Below are positions 19,480 through 30,534 of a stretch of DNA of 52,270 bases, one piece after another. The notes under the pieces are model-generated. The model saw only the letters and a program-made list of their open reading frames with translations. It was not told the DNA's origin and did no database searches. Position 1 is the stretch's first letter. The number at the start of each line of letters is the position of its first letter. The position numbers and the translations under genes are program-made. The DNA is from a virus (taxonomy: Duplodnaviria > Caudoviricetes), in the IMG/VR virus record IMGVR_UViG_3300037424_000697, positions 1 to 52,270 of that record; one strand, written 5' to 3'.

Positions 19480-19920
19480 ATGTTTGTTTTAAATCCTACA
19501 AGGAAATTCACAGTAAAATATACAGCACCCCCAGTAGAGGGTTCATCAATTGAGGATTCTTTTGAAGCAGATTTTGAGTTTATTTTAACAGAGGACTGTT
19601 TTACCGATGATATACGAAAACGTGTAATTGAGTTAAAACCTATTCTTGAAAAGGATACTAATGAAGAAAAAGTTGAAAAGATTTATAAGCAGCAATCTGT
19701 TATATGGCACAAGATACGTCGTTCATTAAAAGCTGTTCGGGGTATTAATGATGTTGATGGTAATCCAATAAATATTATTATCGACGGTAAAGTTAATGAA
19801 GATATTCAAGCGGCAGTGTTTGAATTTATTACTAACTTTGATGATGTGTCAACAAAAGTATTAAGTGCCTATCTAGGTTTAAACACAAAAAACTTGAATG
19901 CTGGTGCGATGAAGTCATAG
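19480..19920 (+). CDS. Tail assembly chaperone (gpG-like)
   Basis: Between tube and TMP; in-frame slippery site A AAA AAC at 19887-19893. Confidence 0.7.
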   Translation: MFVLNPTRKFTVKYTAPPVEGSSIEDSFEADFEFILTEDCFTDDIRKRVIELKPILEKDTNEEKVEKIYKQQSVIWHKIRRSLKAVRGINDVDGNPINIIIDGKVNEDIQAAVFEFITNFDDVSTKVLSAYLGLNTKNLNAGAMKS

Positions 19921-19922
19921 AC

Positions 19923-20267
19923 ATGAAGTTTGATTTCATGCGCTGCACATTGTGCCAGCACGGTATTTGCAATGACTGTAATATACAAGAAGGAAATGAA
20001 GGTTTTAAATATGTTGTACAGTGTACCAATATTATTAAATATTGGTCACTGTTTTGTTTGATAATAGGTGTCTCCCCGTTAGATGGCAATGGATTTTTTA
20101 CTTTAAGTATGGCTAAGGATATAATTGACACCGAGAACCTTGATGACATTTCACCTAGAGTATTTTGGGAAACAATGTCATATTTTTTAAGCAGGAAGAA
20201 CCATAAATTATATTTAGACAGGAAGCGTAAAAATGCCAACAATGCTAGTAAAAATAAACGTCGATGA
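19923..20267 (+). CDS. gpT-like C-terminal part of the frameshifted chaperone
   Basis: The -1 frame is open from the slippery site into this ORF. Confidence 0.6.
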   Translation: MKFDFMRCTLCQHGICNDCNIQEGNEGFKYVVQCTNIIKYWSLFCLIIGVSPLDGNGFFTLSMAKDIIDTENLDDISPRVFWETMSYFLSRKNHKLYLDRKRKNANNASKNKRR

Positions 20268-22881
20268 TAAAGGCAACGTAGCTATTCAAAAGTTAGCTGC
20301 TAATGCTGGTAAGGCTCAACCTAAAGTTAAATCTCTAGGTAATACTATGAAAAATGCCTTTGCCGTCATTGGTGTTTATAAAGGTATTAATATGCTTTCT
20401 GCTAAACTTATGCAAGCAACAAGTGAAGCACTTAAGTTTGAAAAAGCCATGAAGAAAATTCAAGCCATAGGCAATGAGAGTGGAGCTACTATGGGCAATA
20501 TGGGCAAGGATATTGAAAAACTTGCTCTTACCACAGAACACTCATTTACTCAAATTGCTGAAGCTCAACTTGGAATTAGCAAAGCAGGTATTCGTGGTGC
20601 AGAGGGAATGGAAGTATTAAAAAGTGCTTTAGACTTAGCAACAGTTTCTGGTGAAGAACAAGGTGCTACATCTGAAGGACTTATTAACATTTTGAATGCT
20701 TTTAACATGGGAACTGATCAGGCTGGATATGCTGCAAATGTTATGAGTCGAGCACTCAATGAGACGATTCTTAACCTAGAAGAATACTTAGAGGCAATGA
20801 AGTATACTGCTCCTGTTGCATCACAACTGGGAGTCTCGTTTGAAGAATTATCTGCTATGATAGGTATTCTAGCACAGACTGGCCAGAGAGGTTCTTTAGC
20901 CGGAACAGGTTTGCGTAATGATTTGCTTAATCTATTAAAAATAACACCTGCAGTTGCTGCTTCTCTTAAGGATGTTAAAATAGAAGAAATGGGAGTCACA
21001 CAGTTACTTGAATTAATGCACAAAAATGGTGTACCTGTAGTTGATCTGCTAAAACAGTTCAATAAAAGAGGTATTTTATCTGCAATGGCTCTAGGTAAAA
21101 ATGCAGAAGCCATATATGAACTACAGTCCAGATTAACAGATTTAAGTCGACCATTGAACGTTGTGGCCGATGAAATGCGTGATAACCTTCTAGACAAACT
21201 TCAGATGGTTAATGATCATTTTGTAATGATTCTGAACACTCTAAATAAGGAGATGGGTTTTGGAGCCGATACATTCTTAGATAATATGATGGCAAAGATG
21301 GTTGACTTCAACGAGACACTTAAAGATAATCCAGAGATGTTAAAAGCGTGGACAGATACATTTGTCTCTCTAGGTAAAACTTTAAATATACTCATACCTA
21401 TAATGGGTTTCGCTGTAGACCATTCAAGGGAAATATTGATAGCCCTATCTGTAAGCAAGTTAATAAGTATTACAAATAATTTTAAGGTTCTTGGCACTAC
21501 AATGAAAACAGCTTTTACTGGTTCCCTGGGCCCGGTAGGGTTGTTGATTACATCTCTGACAACTATGTATATATTAGCTAAGGATATTACAGAGCAGTTT
21601 AAAGCGATGTATGAAGAGAAACGACTTTCTAATTTAGAAGACCCCGTGGTTAAAAGGATAATTACTTTAGAAACTCTAATAGAATTATATGAAAAATTGC
21701 AAAGTAGTCCGGATAATATTACCGATATATTACCTGAAATAAAAAATCTAGAAAATAACCTAGCCGGTTTAGGCACAGAAATAGACCTAACAGCTGGGAG
21801 TCAGGAGAAGTTAAATCAAGCTTATGCTGAATACAATAAAATAATGAGAACTACAGCATCTGTAGGAATAGGTGAAAAAGATAAAATACCAAAACCATAC
21901 GGTGCCTTTCCTACCTTACCAGAGGTTAAAGAAAAGAAAGGTAGGAAGGAAAGAGAAGATTCTTTTGGTAAACTCTTTGATATGCATAATATACAAGGAG
22001 GGTTTCAGGAATCTTTAAAACGTCTTCAAGCAGGGTGGACCGACATTGTTTTCCCTGTAGATATTGAAGCAAATGACGAAGCAAAAAGAGAAATTGAAGA
22101 GTTTGTTGAAGATTCTTTAAATAAGCTAAAAAAACTGCAAGAAGTTAAGATAGACCAATATGAAGGAATAAATACTTTTTCTAAAATATACTCTACTGTA
22201 CTTGATGTGTATAATCCAGTTATGGATGCTATATCAGAGCGACGTGAATATCTACATGAAAGACAGCTTCAAATTTTTAATGAGGAGATGCAAGCAGCTT
22301 CTGAGAGATATGAAATTGAATCTAAAGCCGCAGGTGATAGTGCACTTCAAAAGTCACTTGCTGAAAATAAATATCAAAAAGAACAAGAAAAGATTAGAGA
22401 AAAAGTACGTCAAGAGAATAAAAAAGCTGCTAAAGCTGCATGGAAAGCAGATATGATGAAAATTGGTCTAGGCGGAGCCACACTATCTATGTCCTTAATT
22501 GGGTCACTAGCTGATTCTGGTGTTCCTGCATATGTCGCCATTCCTCTAGGTATAGGGCTCGCTGCAGGTGTTACAAGTGTTCAGTTAGGTGTTGCTGCTG
22601 CCAATAACCCGGCTGATGCATATTTTACTGGTGGTTGGGTAAGAGGTAATGGTAATGGAACAAGTGATAATATAAATATTCGTGCATCTAGAGGTGAATA
22701 TGTATTAAGTAGAGACGATATTGATCGTCTAGGTGGAGATTCAGCAATAAACAGAATGGTATCTTTTGGAGATACAAATAATAGCAGTACAACTACAATA
22801 TACATTGATACAGTTATAGGGGAAGAAAGTTATGTAAGAAAGAATATTATCCCCCGAATAAAGGAGGAATTAAGACGATGA
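20233..22881 (+). CDS. Tape measure protein (TP901-like core)
   Basis: 882 aa, helical; EAMKYTAPVA..LGVSFEE..A.IG.LA..G.RGS.AGT.LRN core; C-terminal YFTGG.V.G.G...SD.I....S.GEYV. Confidence 0.9.
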   Translation: MPTMLVKINVDDKGNVAIQKLAANAGKAQPKVKSLGNTMKNAFAVIGVYKGINMLSAKLMQATSEALKFEKAMKKIQAIGNESGATMGNMGKDIEKLALTTEHSFTQIAEAQLGISKAGIRGAEGMEVLKSALDLATVSGEEQGATSEGLINILNAFNMGTDQAGYAANVMSRALNETILNLEEYLEAMKYTAPVASQLGVSFEELSAMIGILAQTGQRGSLAGTGLRNDLLNLLKITPAVAASLKDVKIEEMGVTQLLELMHKNGVPVVDLLKQFNKRGILSAMALGKNAEAIYELQSRLTDLSRPLNVVADEMRDNLLDKLQMVNDHFVMILNTLNKEMGFGADTFLDNMMAKMVDFNETLKDNPEMLKAWTDTFVSLGKTLNILIPIMGFAVDHSREILIALSVSKLISITNNFKVLGTTMKTAFTGSLGPVGLLITSLTTMYILAKDITEQFKAMYEEKRLSNLEDPVVKRIITLETLIELYEKLQSSPDNITDILPEIKNLENNLAGLGTEIDLTAGSQEKLNQAYAEYNKIMRTTASVGIGEKDKIPKPYGAFPTLPEVKEKKGRKEREDSFGKLFDMHNIQGGFQESLKRLQAGWTDIVFPVDIEANDEAKREIEEFVEDSLNKLKKLQEVKIDQYEGINTFSKIYSTVLDVYNPVMDAISERREYLHERQLQIFNEEMQAASERYEIESKAAGDSALQKSLAENKYQKEQEKIREKVRQENKKAAKAAWKADMMKIGLGGATLSMSLIGSLADSGVPAYVAIPLGIGLAAGVTSVQLGVAAANNPADAYFTGGWVRGNGNGTSDNINIRASRGEYVLSRDDIDRLGGDSAINRMVSFGDTNNSSTTTIYIDTVIGEESYVRKNIIPRIKEELRR

Positions 22882-23294
22882 GTACAGTAACTTTTACACA
22901 ATCAGATAATGGCATAGCCAGCGTATCTATCATAGGTAAGGTTGTCTATGGGACAACTTTTTATAAAAAACGTATAAATCATTTTATTTTACCCATAGTA
23001 GATGGCACAGAAAAAGTCTATGATGCTGGACCATATAAGATATATGGAACAATATTAATGAAAGATATTTCTGTAACAGATAAGGATGCTTTAGATGAAT
23101 GGTTAACTGAGGACATAATATTAAGTAAAAATAGATTTACACTCAATGCTTTAGTTGGTATTAATTGGGGTCTAGGTTTAAATACATCTATTCCTTTCTG
23201 TCGTTATCCTGAAAGTGATACTAAAGATTTATTTGAACACTTAGCTCCAGGTATATATAATATGACTTTTCCTTACATGGCGGTAATTTCATGA
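22878..23294 (+). CDS. Putative distal tail protein
   Basis: Small ORF coupled directly after TMP. Confidence 0.5.
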   Translation: MSTVTFTQSDNGIASVSIIGKVVYGTTFYKKRINHFILPIVDGTEKVYDAGPYKIYGTILMKDISVTDKDALDEWLTEDIILSKNRFTLNALVGINWGLGLNTSIPFCRYPESDTKDLFEHLAPGIYNMTFPYMAVIS

Positions 23295-26200
23295 TAACAA
23301 AAATACTGATAACTAAAAATAGTAACGACGATTGGAGCACTACTTCACCTTTCGCTGGTTATACTACTGTTGATAGTGGATTTTTTATTTGTAATGTATC
23401 TGGTCAGACAGTCACAAATTATATTGAAATTCCTCATATGCTTTTGTCTATGGGCAGTATAAACCGTTCAGTCGACATATTTAACAATAATAACCTAGAA
23501 TCTGACGCTACAATTGAAGGAATAGGTGGAGTATCTAAAGTAGGAGATTGGAATTTCTCTCTTGAAACTATATCAAATGTCCTATCTTCATTAGGACTTA
23601 TGGGTAGAGGTATAACTGTAATTGTTGAAGGTGTAACTATATTTACAGGTAAAATATATAGCACAGAAGTGGAGTATGACAGAGTAAAATTTACTGTACG
23701 TTCTAATTTTTTAATCAATGATAAAGAAATAGGTACTGTTGTTGAATCTGAAATTAGTTCCAGTAACAATAAAATTATTCCTATAGTGTATGGAGATTTC
23801 AGAGATAGCGATAGCTATATTCCTTTAATTGTTGACCTAGAGAGTGACCACTCTATTAAAGCATATACAGGAGAACAGTCATTAGGAGAAATAACTAATG
23901 TTTTTGTTTGGGACGTTGCCCGAGGTACTGCGGATCAGTGCACTAATGGTGTAGATGATATAACACTAAATGTAAGTAACACAGAGATATTGTTTAGAAA
24001 GTATAGTGCAGCTTCACTATTATCTGCCATAACTGATACAAATGATTTCAGTGTAGTAGGACTAAATGTAGCAGCTACTATAGGAATACAATTTACCACA
24101 TCCCCTACTTTTACAGTAGGAGATTTATTTAGAAGCGAAAATAATGGAAATAACTATTATGAGTTCGTAGAGCAAGTGGGTACCGTTTATAAATTTAAGG
24201 TAGGTAAATATACTTCTTCCATTGAATATTTTTTAGATCCGCAATATGGTGAATGGGATGTTTTAAAGCCCAATGAAGATACAGATGGTTTTGAAAATGT
24301 ATCAACTTCTACTACTTACACTGTGGGTAGTTCTTCTGATATCTTTATCCCTGAAATGTTTGCCAGACAAAACGATTCAGATGTAAGAACAACATATCTA
24401 ACAAATAGTTATCTAGGTGAAAGTTCTCCAGGTTTGAAATATGACTACAATGATCAAGTAAGATCACGTATAATACAAATAGACAATGAAAAAATGTTAG
24501 TATACCAATCTATCCCAGTATATAATGCTTATGGTGTTAGCTCACTGCATTATGTGTTTAGAGGATACAGTAATACAGCTAAAGCTACTCATGCAATAAA
24601 TACTGCAGTAGTAATAAAACAAGATGAAGAGGATAATACAGAACATACATTGAAGATGAAAACAGTTATACCTGTTACCACTATCAGTAATTGGAAATTA
24701 TTATGTGAACTTGCTAATGGAGACTATGATGTATTTACAGGTCATAAAAGAATAGATGAAATTACAAACAGTGTATCTAACCTAGAAAACTTAATTAGTA
24801 ATTTTAGTTACCAATATACAGATACCAGTCCACTAACTATAGATTGCGATATTTTAACTGATTTAAATTACGATCCAGTTTGGCCAGAAGAGTATGGAAA
24901 TATACAAGCAGCTGTAGGTACTATTTTACTCGACCTAGAACTAAATAAAACTACAGATTTAAAAGGTAAAATTTCTGGTATATGGTTATTAGGTAGTTTT
25001 GAAGTTGATAAACCAGGGGATACAGCGGGGAGTACAAATAATACAAGAGCACCGACTGGTATATCTTTAGCTATGCGTTCAGCTGCTTCTGATTCTTATT
25101 TTAAGAGGGTAGGTATAAATCTATACAATGCTTATCTGTTAGGTTTGGGAGATATTAATGATCCGCTAGGTATGCCTATTTTTAATGGAGATACTGCAAG
25201 TAGTTGGTATGCTCCTGTAAATGCTTTATCTAATATTGTTTGTTGGGAACCGTTTGAGGGTACAAATACATTTGAGAAATATAGTAATAACCCTTATGCC
25301 GGTAATTGTTGGGAAAAGAGTTTCCCATTATTTGGAGCATGGTACACAGTATCTACTGATTACCCAAGTTACACTCATGGAAATATAGAAGATCCAAAAA
25401 TGCCTCAAACACTGGATGATTTTTTAAGGCAACGTTTTGTATTACAGTTGCATCTTCGTGATTATATAGCTAATAGTGCTACAAAAACAGTATTTTATAT
25501 AAATAATGTAGGTTTTTTAATTGAATATACAGTAGATATAAGGGATACAGATTTATTCTTCCAAGGGCAAGGTAGACTACTAGAAGGTAGCACTATTGTA
25601 AATCCTTCCACTGTTTTAGCAGATTTACTAGAAGATGAAATGAGCATAACAAATATTGATGCAACATCTTTTGCTTTTGTTGAAACAAATACATCTGATC
25701 AAACTTGTTCCTTCGCACTATTTGATAAGCCAATTAAAAGTTCTGAGCTACTGAATAAAATCTGCCGGGAACAAGGACTGATTCTAGGTGAACTTCCAAA
25801 TGGGGATATGTGCCTTTTTACATTGTTAATGGGAGCAACTCCTACTGTTTTGTATAACACTGATATCCTTTTAGATACTGGAAATAATAGACCAGACTAT
25901 ACTGAAAGCATCACAGGCGTGAATAATTTAATAACTGGTTTGACTATTAAGTATAAGAAACGCTATACTGATAATACATTCACTCAACAGTATACAGGGA
26001 CAGGATTTACAGAAGCTGTAGATTATTTAGATCAGACAAGAGTAGCGACGTTTGAATCTGAAACAATTAGAGATGCCACTACAGCAGAGGTTTTAAATGA
26101 CCTATGTGTAGATTTCTACACTGTTCCGTTTCGTAAACTAGTAGTGCATTGTAATCCAGAGAATACAATGGATTTAGTTCCCGGACAACTGGTCACATTT

Positions 26201-26536
26201 GATGACGATACATATATTAAAAACTCAGATGAATGTGTGTATTTAATACTGGAGACAGATTTTCAACCTGGGTATGGAGATACTGAACCTAAACTAACTC
26301 TAGGTTTATTACAATTAACAGGTATGCAGTATTCGGAACCAGAACAGATTTATCCGGGTAATGGTTTAACTAATATTGGAGCATATCAAACTTTTAGCAA
26401 TGTAGGGGTATATAATAATTATGGGATTAAAGCTACAGATGCCGGAAATCCCGGTGAAACGGGAGACCCGGCATCTAACTATAGCTTAAATATAGGTTGT
26501 GATCAAAATGAAGGTACCGATAATATAGGATTTTAA
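23291..26536 (+). CDS. Tail tip/baseplate hub protein with large insertion
   Basis: 1081 aa; IFTGKI and IPIVYGD motifs at the N-terminus, hub-like C-terminus; last gene of the operon. Confidence 0.6.
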   Translation: MITKILITKNSNDDWSTTSPFAGYTTVDSGFFICNVSGQTVTNYIEIPHMLLSMGSINRSVDIFNNNNLESDATIEGIGGVSKVGDWNFSLETISNVLSSLGLMGRGITVIVEGVTIFTGKIYSTEVEYDRVKFTVRSNFLINDKEIGTVVESEISSSNNKIIPIVYGDFRDSDSYIPLIVDLESDHSIKAYTGEQSLGEITNVFVWDVARGTADQCTNGVDDITLNVSNTEILFRKYSAASLLSAITDTNDFSVVGLNVAATIGIQFTTSPTFTVGDLFRSENNGNNYYEFVEQVGTVYKFKVGKYTSSIEYFLDPQYGEWDVLKPNEDTDGFENVSTSTTYTVGSSSDIFIPEMFARQNDSDVRTTYLTNSYLGESSPGLKYDYNDQVRSRIIQIDNEKMLVYQSIPVYNAYGVSSLHYVFRGYSNTAKATHAINTAVVIKQDEEDNTEHTLKMKTVIPVTTISNWKLLCELANGDYDVFTGHKRIDEITNSVSNLENLISNFSYQYTDTSPLTIDCDILTDLNYDPVWPEEYGNIQAAVGTILLDLELNKTTDLKGKISGIWLLGSFEVDKPGDTAGSTNNTRAPTGISLAMRSAASDSYFKRVGINLYNAYLLGLGDINDPLGMPIFNGDTASSWYAPVNALSNIVCWEPFEGTNTFEKYSNNPYAGNCWEKSFPLFGAWYTVSTDYPSYTHGNIEDPKMPQTLDDFLRQRFVLQLHLRDYIANSATKTVFYINNVGFLIEYTVDIRDTDLFFQGQGRLLEGSTIVNPSTVLADLLEDEMSITNIDATSFAFVETNTSDQTCSFALFDKPIKSSELLNKICREQGLILGELPNGDMCLFTLLMGATPTVLYNTDILLDTGNNRPDYTESITGVNNLITGLTIKYKKRYTDNTFTQQYTGTGFTEAVDYLDQTRVATFESETIRDATTAEVLNDLCVDFYTVPFRKLVVHCNPENTMDLVPGQLVTFDDDTYIKNSDECVYLILETDFQPGYGDTEPKLTLGLLQLTGMQYSEPEQIYPGNGLTNIGAYQTFSNVGVYNNYGIKATDAGNPGETGDPASNYSLNIGCDQNEGTDNIGF

Positions 26537-26682
26537 TTAGTACCCTTCACATCATGTGAAGGGTATTTTTTATGTATCAATTCAATCATTTCTGATTCTG
26601 ATATCATGTAACCGCAAATTTCACATATATAATATCCATCTTTATATATTTGACTTTCGTGGTTACATATATTTTTATCCAT
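26533..26682 (-). CDS. Small zinc-ribbon-like protein (49 aa, not in the ORF track)
   Basis: MDKNICNH...YYICEICG...; start overlaps the exonuclease stop; AGGAG RBS. Confidence 0.5.
   Translation of the reverse strand: MDKNICNHESQIYKDGYYICEICGYMISESEMIELIHKKYPSHDVKGTN
26541..26571. terminator. Terminator between convergent operons
   Basis: TACCCTTCACAT-C-ATGTGAAGGGTA followed by a T-run. Confidence 0.75.
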
Positions 26683-27299
26683 CACAAGTCTCCTTTAACA
26701 AGTTTATTTAAAGCACATAGTAAATCTATACACGTCAATGCATCACCTTCTGATGTATGTGCAGTACGTGACGGTAAATTGAAAAACTTCTTTAATCCCT
26801 GCAATGATAGTTTTTCACCTAGACTGTAGCCCATACTTTGTAACCATTTCACTATGACTTTTGTGTCAAGTGAATGGTGATTAAAATTTTGGTCATAGTT
26901 AAAACTATTCATCTTAGCAATTAAAAATTGTTTATCGAAACTTACATAGTTATGACCTACTGGTATGAATCTGTATTCAGGATACATTTCAAGTTTCCAC
27001 TCATAGAAACTATTAAGTATCTGAAACAGATTTGTTGGTATAGCCATTAACTCTTCCTTTGTAACTCCTCCCACTTCTAGTGCTTTAGGTTGCATCGACA
27101 TAGGATTCTGTGGACGCATCCTAGCCTTAAATGTACAAGGTAAAACCTTAGCTGAGGTTTTATACTCATTTAGTTCAAATGGTACTACAGCTATTTCCCA
27201 CATATCGTGTAAATATGGATCTAGTCCAGTGGTTTCTAGATCAATTGATACAAGTAAATCCTTTACTTGTAAATCTTTTATAGTTAATTCGTTTGACAT
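26682..27299 (-). CDS. DEDDh 3'-5' exonuclease (DnaQ/RNase T-like)
   Basis: IDLETTG, GHNYVSFD, AHTSEGDA motifs; start taken at MSNEL. Confidence 0.88.
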   Translation of the reverse strand: MSNELTIKDLQVKDLLVSIDLETTGLDPYLHDMWEIAVVPFELNEYKTSAKVLPCTFKARMRPQNPMSMQPKALEVGGVTKEELMAIPTNLFQILNSFYEWKLEMYPEYRFIPVGHNYVSFDKQFLIAKMNSFNYDQNFNHHSLDTKVIVKWLQSMGYSLGEKLSLQGLKKFFNLPSRTAHTSEGDALTCIDLLCALNKLVKGDL

Positions 27300-29986
27300 A
27301 TTCTTTTTTTGATCCTTCCTGTTAAATCTGTATAACATTCTTCTGTTTCAGGGTCGCTACATTCTTGCGAGTTGTTAAATAAAATATTACCTAGATAAAT
27401 GGCTCCTGTTCCACCGTATCTGCCCTTACAGTATGGTGAATCCGTTGGATAGAATTTACTGACTTTAGATTTAGTCCAGTATAACTTTTGATCATCATCT
27501 AACCAGTTATAAAATTCTATATAGAAGTCATCAAAACTTATTGCTTTTCCTAGGTGAACTTTTATATGCTCCTTCATAAACTTTAACAGGTATGATTCAC
27601 TTTTATCCTCCATTACTGTTTTATGTGACGTTTGGATACATGGTATACCTAAACGACCAGCCGGATCTGGTAAATGTAAATTAAGACAAGCATGTAAAAA
27701 TGCCTGCTTTTCCTTTTCCAACTGTTTTAATAACTGTCCCTTAGGTATTTCTTTTTTTGGCACACTGACATTTATAGGTACGATTCTAGTGTCACCAGAT
27801 AGTATAGGGCAGTTCTTAACATTGTTTGCGCATTGCATCCAATGGCTAGTGTTTATTATATCATAAGCATTCTTATATAATGCTCTAATACTGATACGCT
27901 TTCCTGTTACCCAATCTTTAATTCTGTTAAGAGCCTCTGGACTCTTACTCAGATCTGTTTCTTCTATAACACAAAGCACTGCATTAGCGACCTCTGAATT
28001 GAAACCTGCATTACTGCTGAGAGCGTTATCAGCCCTTACATAGCCACGTTCCATAATTAAACCTAGAGCTTCATGCAAGGTACTTTTTCCACAATTCTGT
28101 GGTCCAACAAAAAATAGGTAAGGAAGAGGCTCCTCTGGACGCTGAAACATGCTGGCTATCCAGTAAAAGAGATAGTCTTTACCTGTCACCACTTCGTATG
28201 TACTGCACCAAGTATCCTCTTTAACATCATTATCTATGTTTTTACCTAGATGCCCCAGAACAGTATTCCATGTGTCAAAGGAACCTTCTTTTGGATCACA
28301 AGAAAAACATGCTGCATTCATATTCCACTGTCTGTTTCCTGGATATTCTTCAGTAAACGGCATATTAACTAGTTCCCAAGGATCGAGAACTGCTTTGCTC
28401 ATCATCATTTCAACATCCATTCGAGACGCTGAATGTGTTTGACTTTGTAAAACAGTAACTACATTACACCTTTGCTGCCCAATCCATCCTTTTTTAGTTA
28501 ATATATACCACCCTGCTTCTTCACCGCTGGTTACTAAGTGCCGTATCAGGTGATCAGGAGAACTGAAAGTTTTTCTTATTGTGGGTATAGTTAAAACTCT
28601 CTCCCACCTATTTCCTTGCTTGTTTGACACAAATCCCTGTATATTAAAGTTATCGTCTATTTCTTTTAGACGATCAAACATCAATATAACTTTATTCTCC
28701 TTTTTTGGACGTATGGTAAAGCTGCGTTTACTTAATACACTTTCATATACAGTATTACGTTTCAATATATCATTGATTTCAGTTACTCCTAAGTCTTCAA
28801 GTGCTTTTAAACCTAGATCCATGTTCTCGAATATGTAGTCTCCTGAAGCATTTTCTAAACCACCGTTCGCTCTAACACATGTACCCAAATCACTTTCACA
28901 GTTAAAATTGCACCTAGTCCAACCAGACGGATCTGTACTCCATGAAGGGTGCTCTTTAACTCCTCTGGAATGACGACGTATAACCCACGAACCATCTTCA
29001 CTAGGAAAAGCGTAACAATTCTGTTCAGATGATCCAGAACTGTTGGTATAAAATACTCCTTTATAACCTAGCTCTGTATGGGCTTTCTTTAAATCTAGAG
29101 TATGGCATACCAACATTATATGGTCACTGTCCCACCACCAATCGAGTATTGAGGTATTCTTAAACCAATCCAATAATACCTTGTGCTTTCCATCTAACGG
29201 CGTACTACGTGTAGCTGAGGCCATTATTTGAAATAACTGATCATCTTCGTCTTTTATAGGACACCGAGTTCTCCTTTTTTTGCCTGATATAACCTCTATG
29301 TGTGTGCGCCAATTAGAAGGTATCCTGTTAGAGGGAAACTTAGCCGTTGCTTCTTTTATCAATTTAAAAGCATTGGGATTCCCTTCAATTTTTCTATGCC
29401 ATACCCATAGAACCATACCGCACACATCAATTGAGTTATTAAAGTTAAAATAAGCATCAACACTTAATGTACCTAGAAGTGATCTAGCCATAGCAGCATG
29501 TTCAGTGTGTGTGCTTGTGGCTGCAGGTTTATCTAGGTGAATATACAGATGTATTCCTTTACCTGATGTACTTTTAATTACAGTCACATAAGGTATATCT
29601 GTTATTCTTAACACTATTTGTTCTATGTCTTTTTCACTTAACCCTTCCTTATGGTTAATTATTGAATCAATATCATAACCAAACCAGTGAGATTGTCTCT
29701 GTTTCCAATTCCAGCCGGTTAAACCTATCGCCTCAATGTGCTTCTCTAGGTTAAACTTAAGCTCAGTATCTGAATACTCTGGTTCGGTATCAGCGTTGTA
29801 TGGTATTCTAAAGTGCTTCCACACTTCGATATTATCTGTGTAGAAATAAGAATTCTTATTACTACGTGATTTTGTACCACCATCTTGAGCCACATTTACC
29901 TGTACTTCCATTTCTGGAGTATATAGTTGTAAATGTGGCAAGGTATAGATTTTAATGAAGTTCTGTACTGCTTGTGTCTTTAGCAT
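27284..29986 (-). CDS. AEP primase/polymerase fused to a P-loop (SF3/D5-like) helicase
   Basis: YDID and STSGKGIHLY (AEP motifs I/II); Walker A GPQNCGKST, Walker B VIEE, GDTR. Confidence 0.8.
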   Translation of the reverse strand: MLKTQAVQNFIKIYTLPHLQLYTPEMEVQVNVAQDGGTKSRSNKNSYFYTDNIEVWKHFRIPYNADTEPEYSDTELKFNLEKHIEAIGLTGWNWKQRQSHWFGYDIDSIINHKEGLSEKDIEQIVLRITDIPYVTVIKSTSGKGIHLYIHLDKPAATSTHTEHAAMARSLLGTLSVDAYFNFNNSIDVCGMVLWVWHRKIEGNPNAFKLIKEATAKFPSNRIPSNWRTHIEVISGKKRRTRCPIKDEDDQLFQIMASATRSTPLDGKHKVLLDWFKNTSILDWWWDSDHIMLVCHTLDLKKAHTELGYKGVFYTNSSGSSEQNCYAFPSEDGSWVIRRHSRGVKEHPSWSTDPSGWTRCNFNCESDLGTCVRANGGLENASGDYIFENMDLGLKALEDLGVTEINDILKRNTVYESVLSKRSFTIRPKKENKVILMFDRLKEIDDNFNIQGFVSNKQGNRWERVLTIPTIRKTFSSPDHLIRHLVTSGEEAGWYILTKKGWIGQQRCNVVTVLQSQTHSASRMDVEMMMSKAVLDPWELVNMPFTEEYPGNRQWNMNAACFSCDPKEGSFDTWNTVLGHLGKNIDNDVKEDTWCSTYEVVTGKDYLFYWIASMFQRPEEPLPYLFFVGPQNCGKSTLHEALGLIMERGYVRADNALSSNAGFNSEVANAVLCVIEETDLSKSPEALNRIKDWVTGKRISIRALYKNAYDIINTSHWMQCANNVKNCPILSGDTRIVPINVSVPKKEIPKGQLLKQLEKEKQAFLHACLNLHLPDPAGRLGIPCIQTSHKTVMEDKSESYLLKFMKEHIKVHLGKAISFDDFYIEFYNWLDDDQKLYWTKSKVSKFYPTDSPYCKGRYGGTGAIYLGNILFNNSQECSDPETEECYTDLTGRIKKRICQTN

Positions 29987-30131
29987 CTATATACCTTTCT
30001 ATTTCATATAAGTAACCTGAAAAGTAGCCAATGATACATACTACAAATAAAAACAAGAATAGAAGTATTACATGTTTGAGGCGTAACACTATTTCGTAAC
30101 TAGGTATAAAAATAACAGGTTCTGTTGACAT
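29952..30131 (-). CDS. Small membrane protein (59 aa, not in the ORF track)
   Basis: MSTEPV...VILLFLFLFVVCIIGYFSG...; AGGAG RBS. Confidence 0.5.
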   Translation of the reverse strand: MSTEPVIFIPSYEIVLRLKHVILLFLFLFVVCIIGYFSGYLYEIERYIDAKDTSSTELH

Positions 30132-30270
30132 TAGTTACTCCTTTCCTAAAGCTTTATTTAAAAGTTTCTTTAACTCTTCCCATTCGTAGGATATCTCATA
30201 CGCATTTCTTACTTCACTTATAACATAGTCTACATCTTTGACCATTAGATCAAATGTGGATTTCTCTTCT

Positions 30271-30492
30271 TCAGATAAATTTATTATTTTTAGAATTTAG
30301 AGGAGTGAATTTACCTAGACAGCCTCCACCTGAATGCTTATAGTAATAGCATACATCTACATGCATACACTGTAAACATACTTCATTAACATTCTTTGGC
30401 TCTTTCATTGTTTCTGTTAATTGCTCTATAGCAAATGTAAGAGCTTCAATACGTCTAGTATCCGTCTCGCCTAAATATACACATTCTGACAT
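30271..30492 (-). CDS. Small Cys-rich hypothetical protein
   Basis: AAGGAG RBS; CxxCxHxxVC motif. Confidence 0.55.
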   Translation of the reverse strand: MSECVYLGETDTRRIEALTFAIEQLTETMKEPKNVNEVCLQCMHVDVCYYYKHSGGGCLGKFTPLNSKNNKFI

Positions 30493-30534
30493 AACTTACT
30501 CCTTTCAAGTGATTGTTAACCTTTCCTATCTTCT

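Noticed and set aside
739-22805. Numerous minus-strand and alternate-frame ORFs in the track overlapping structural genes
   Set aside because: They are shadows of long, motif-bearing, RBS-supported plus-strand genes and show no independent signals
26401-26409. 9/10 match (TGTAGGGGT) to the terminal repeat near mid-genome
   Set aside because: It lies inside a coding region and lacks the flanking dyad; compatible with chance
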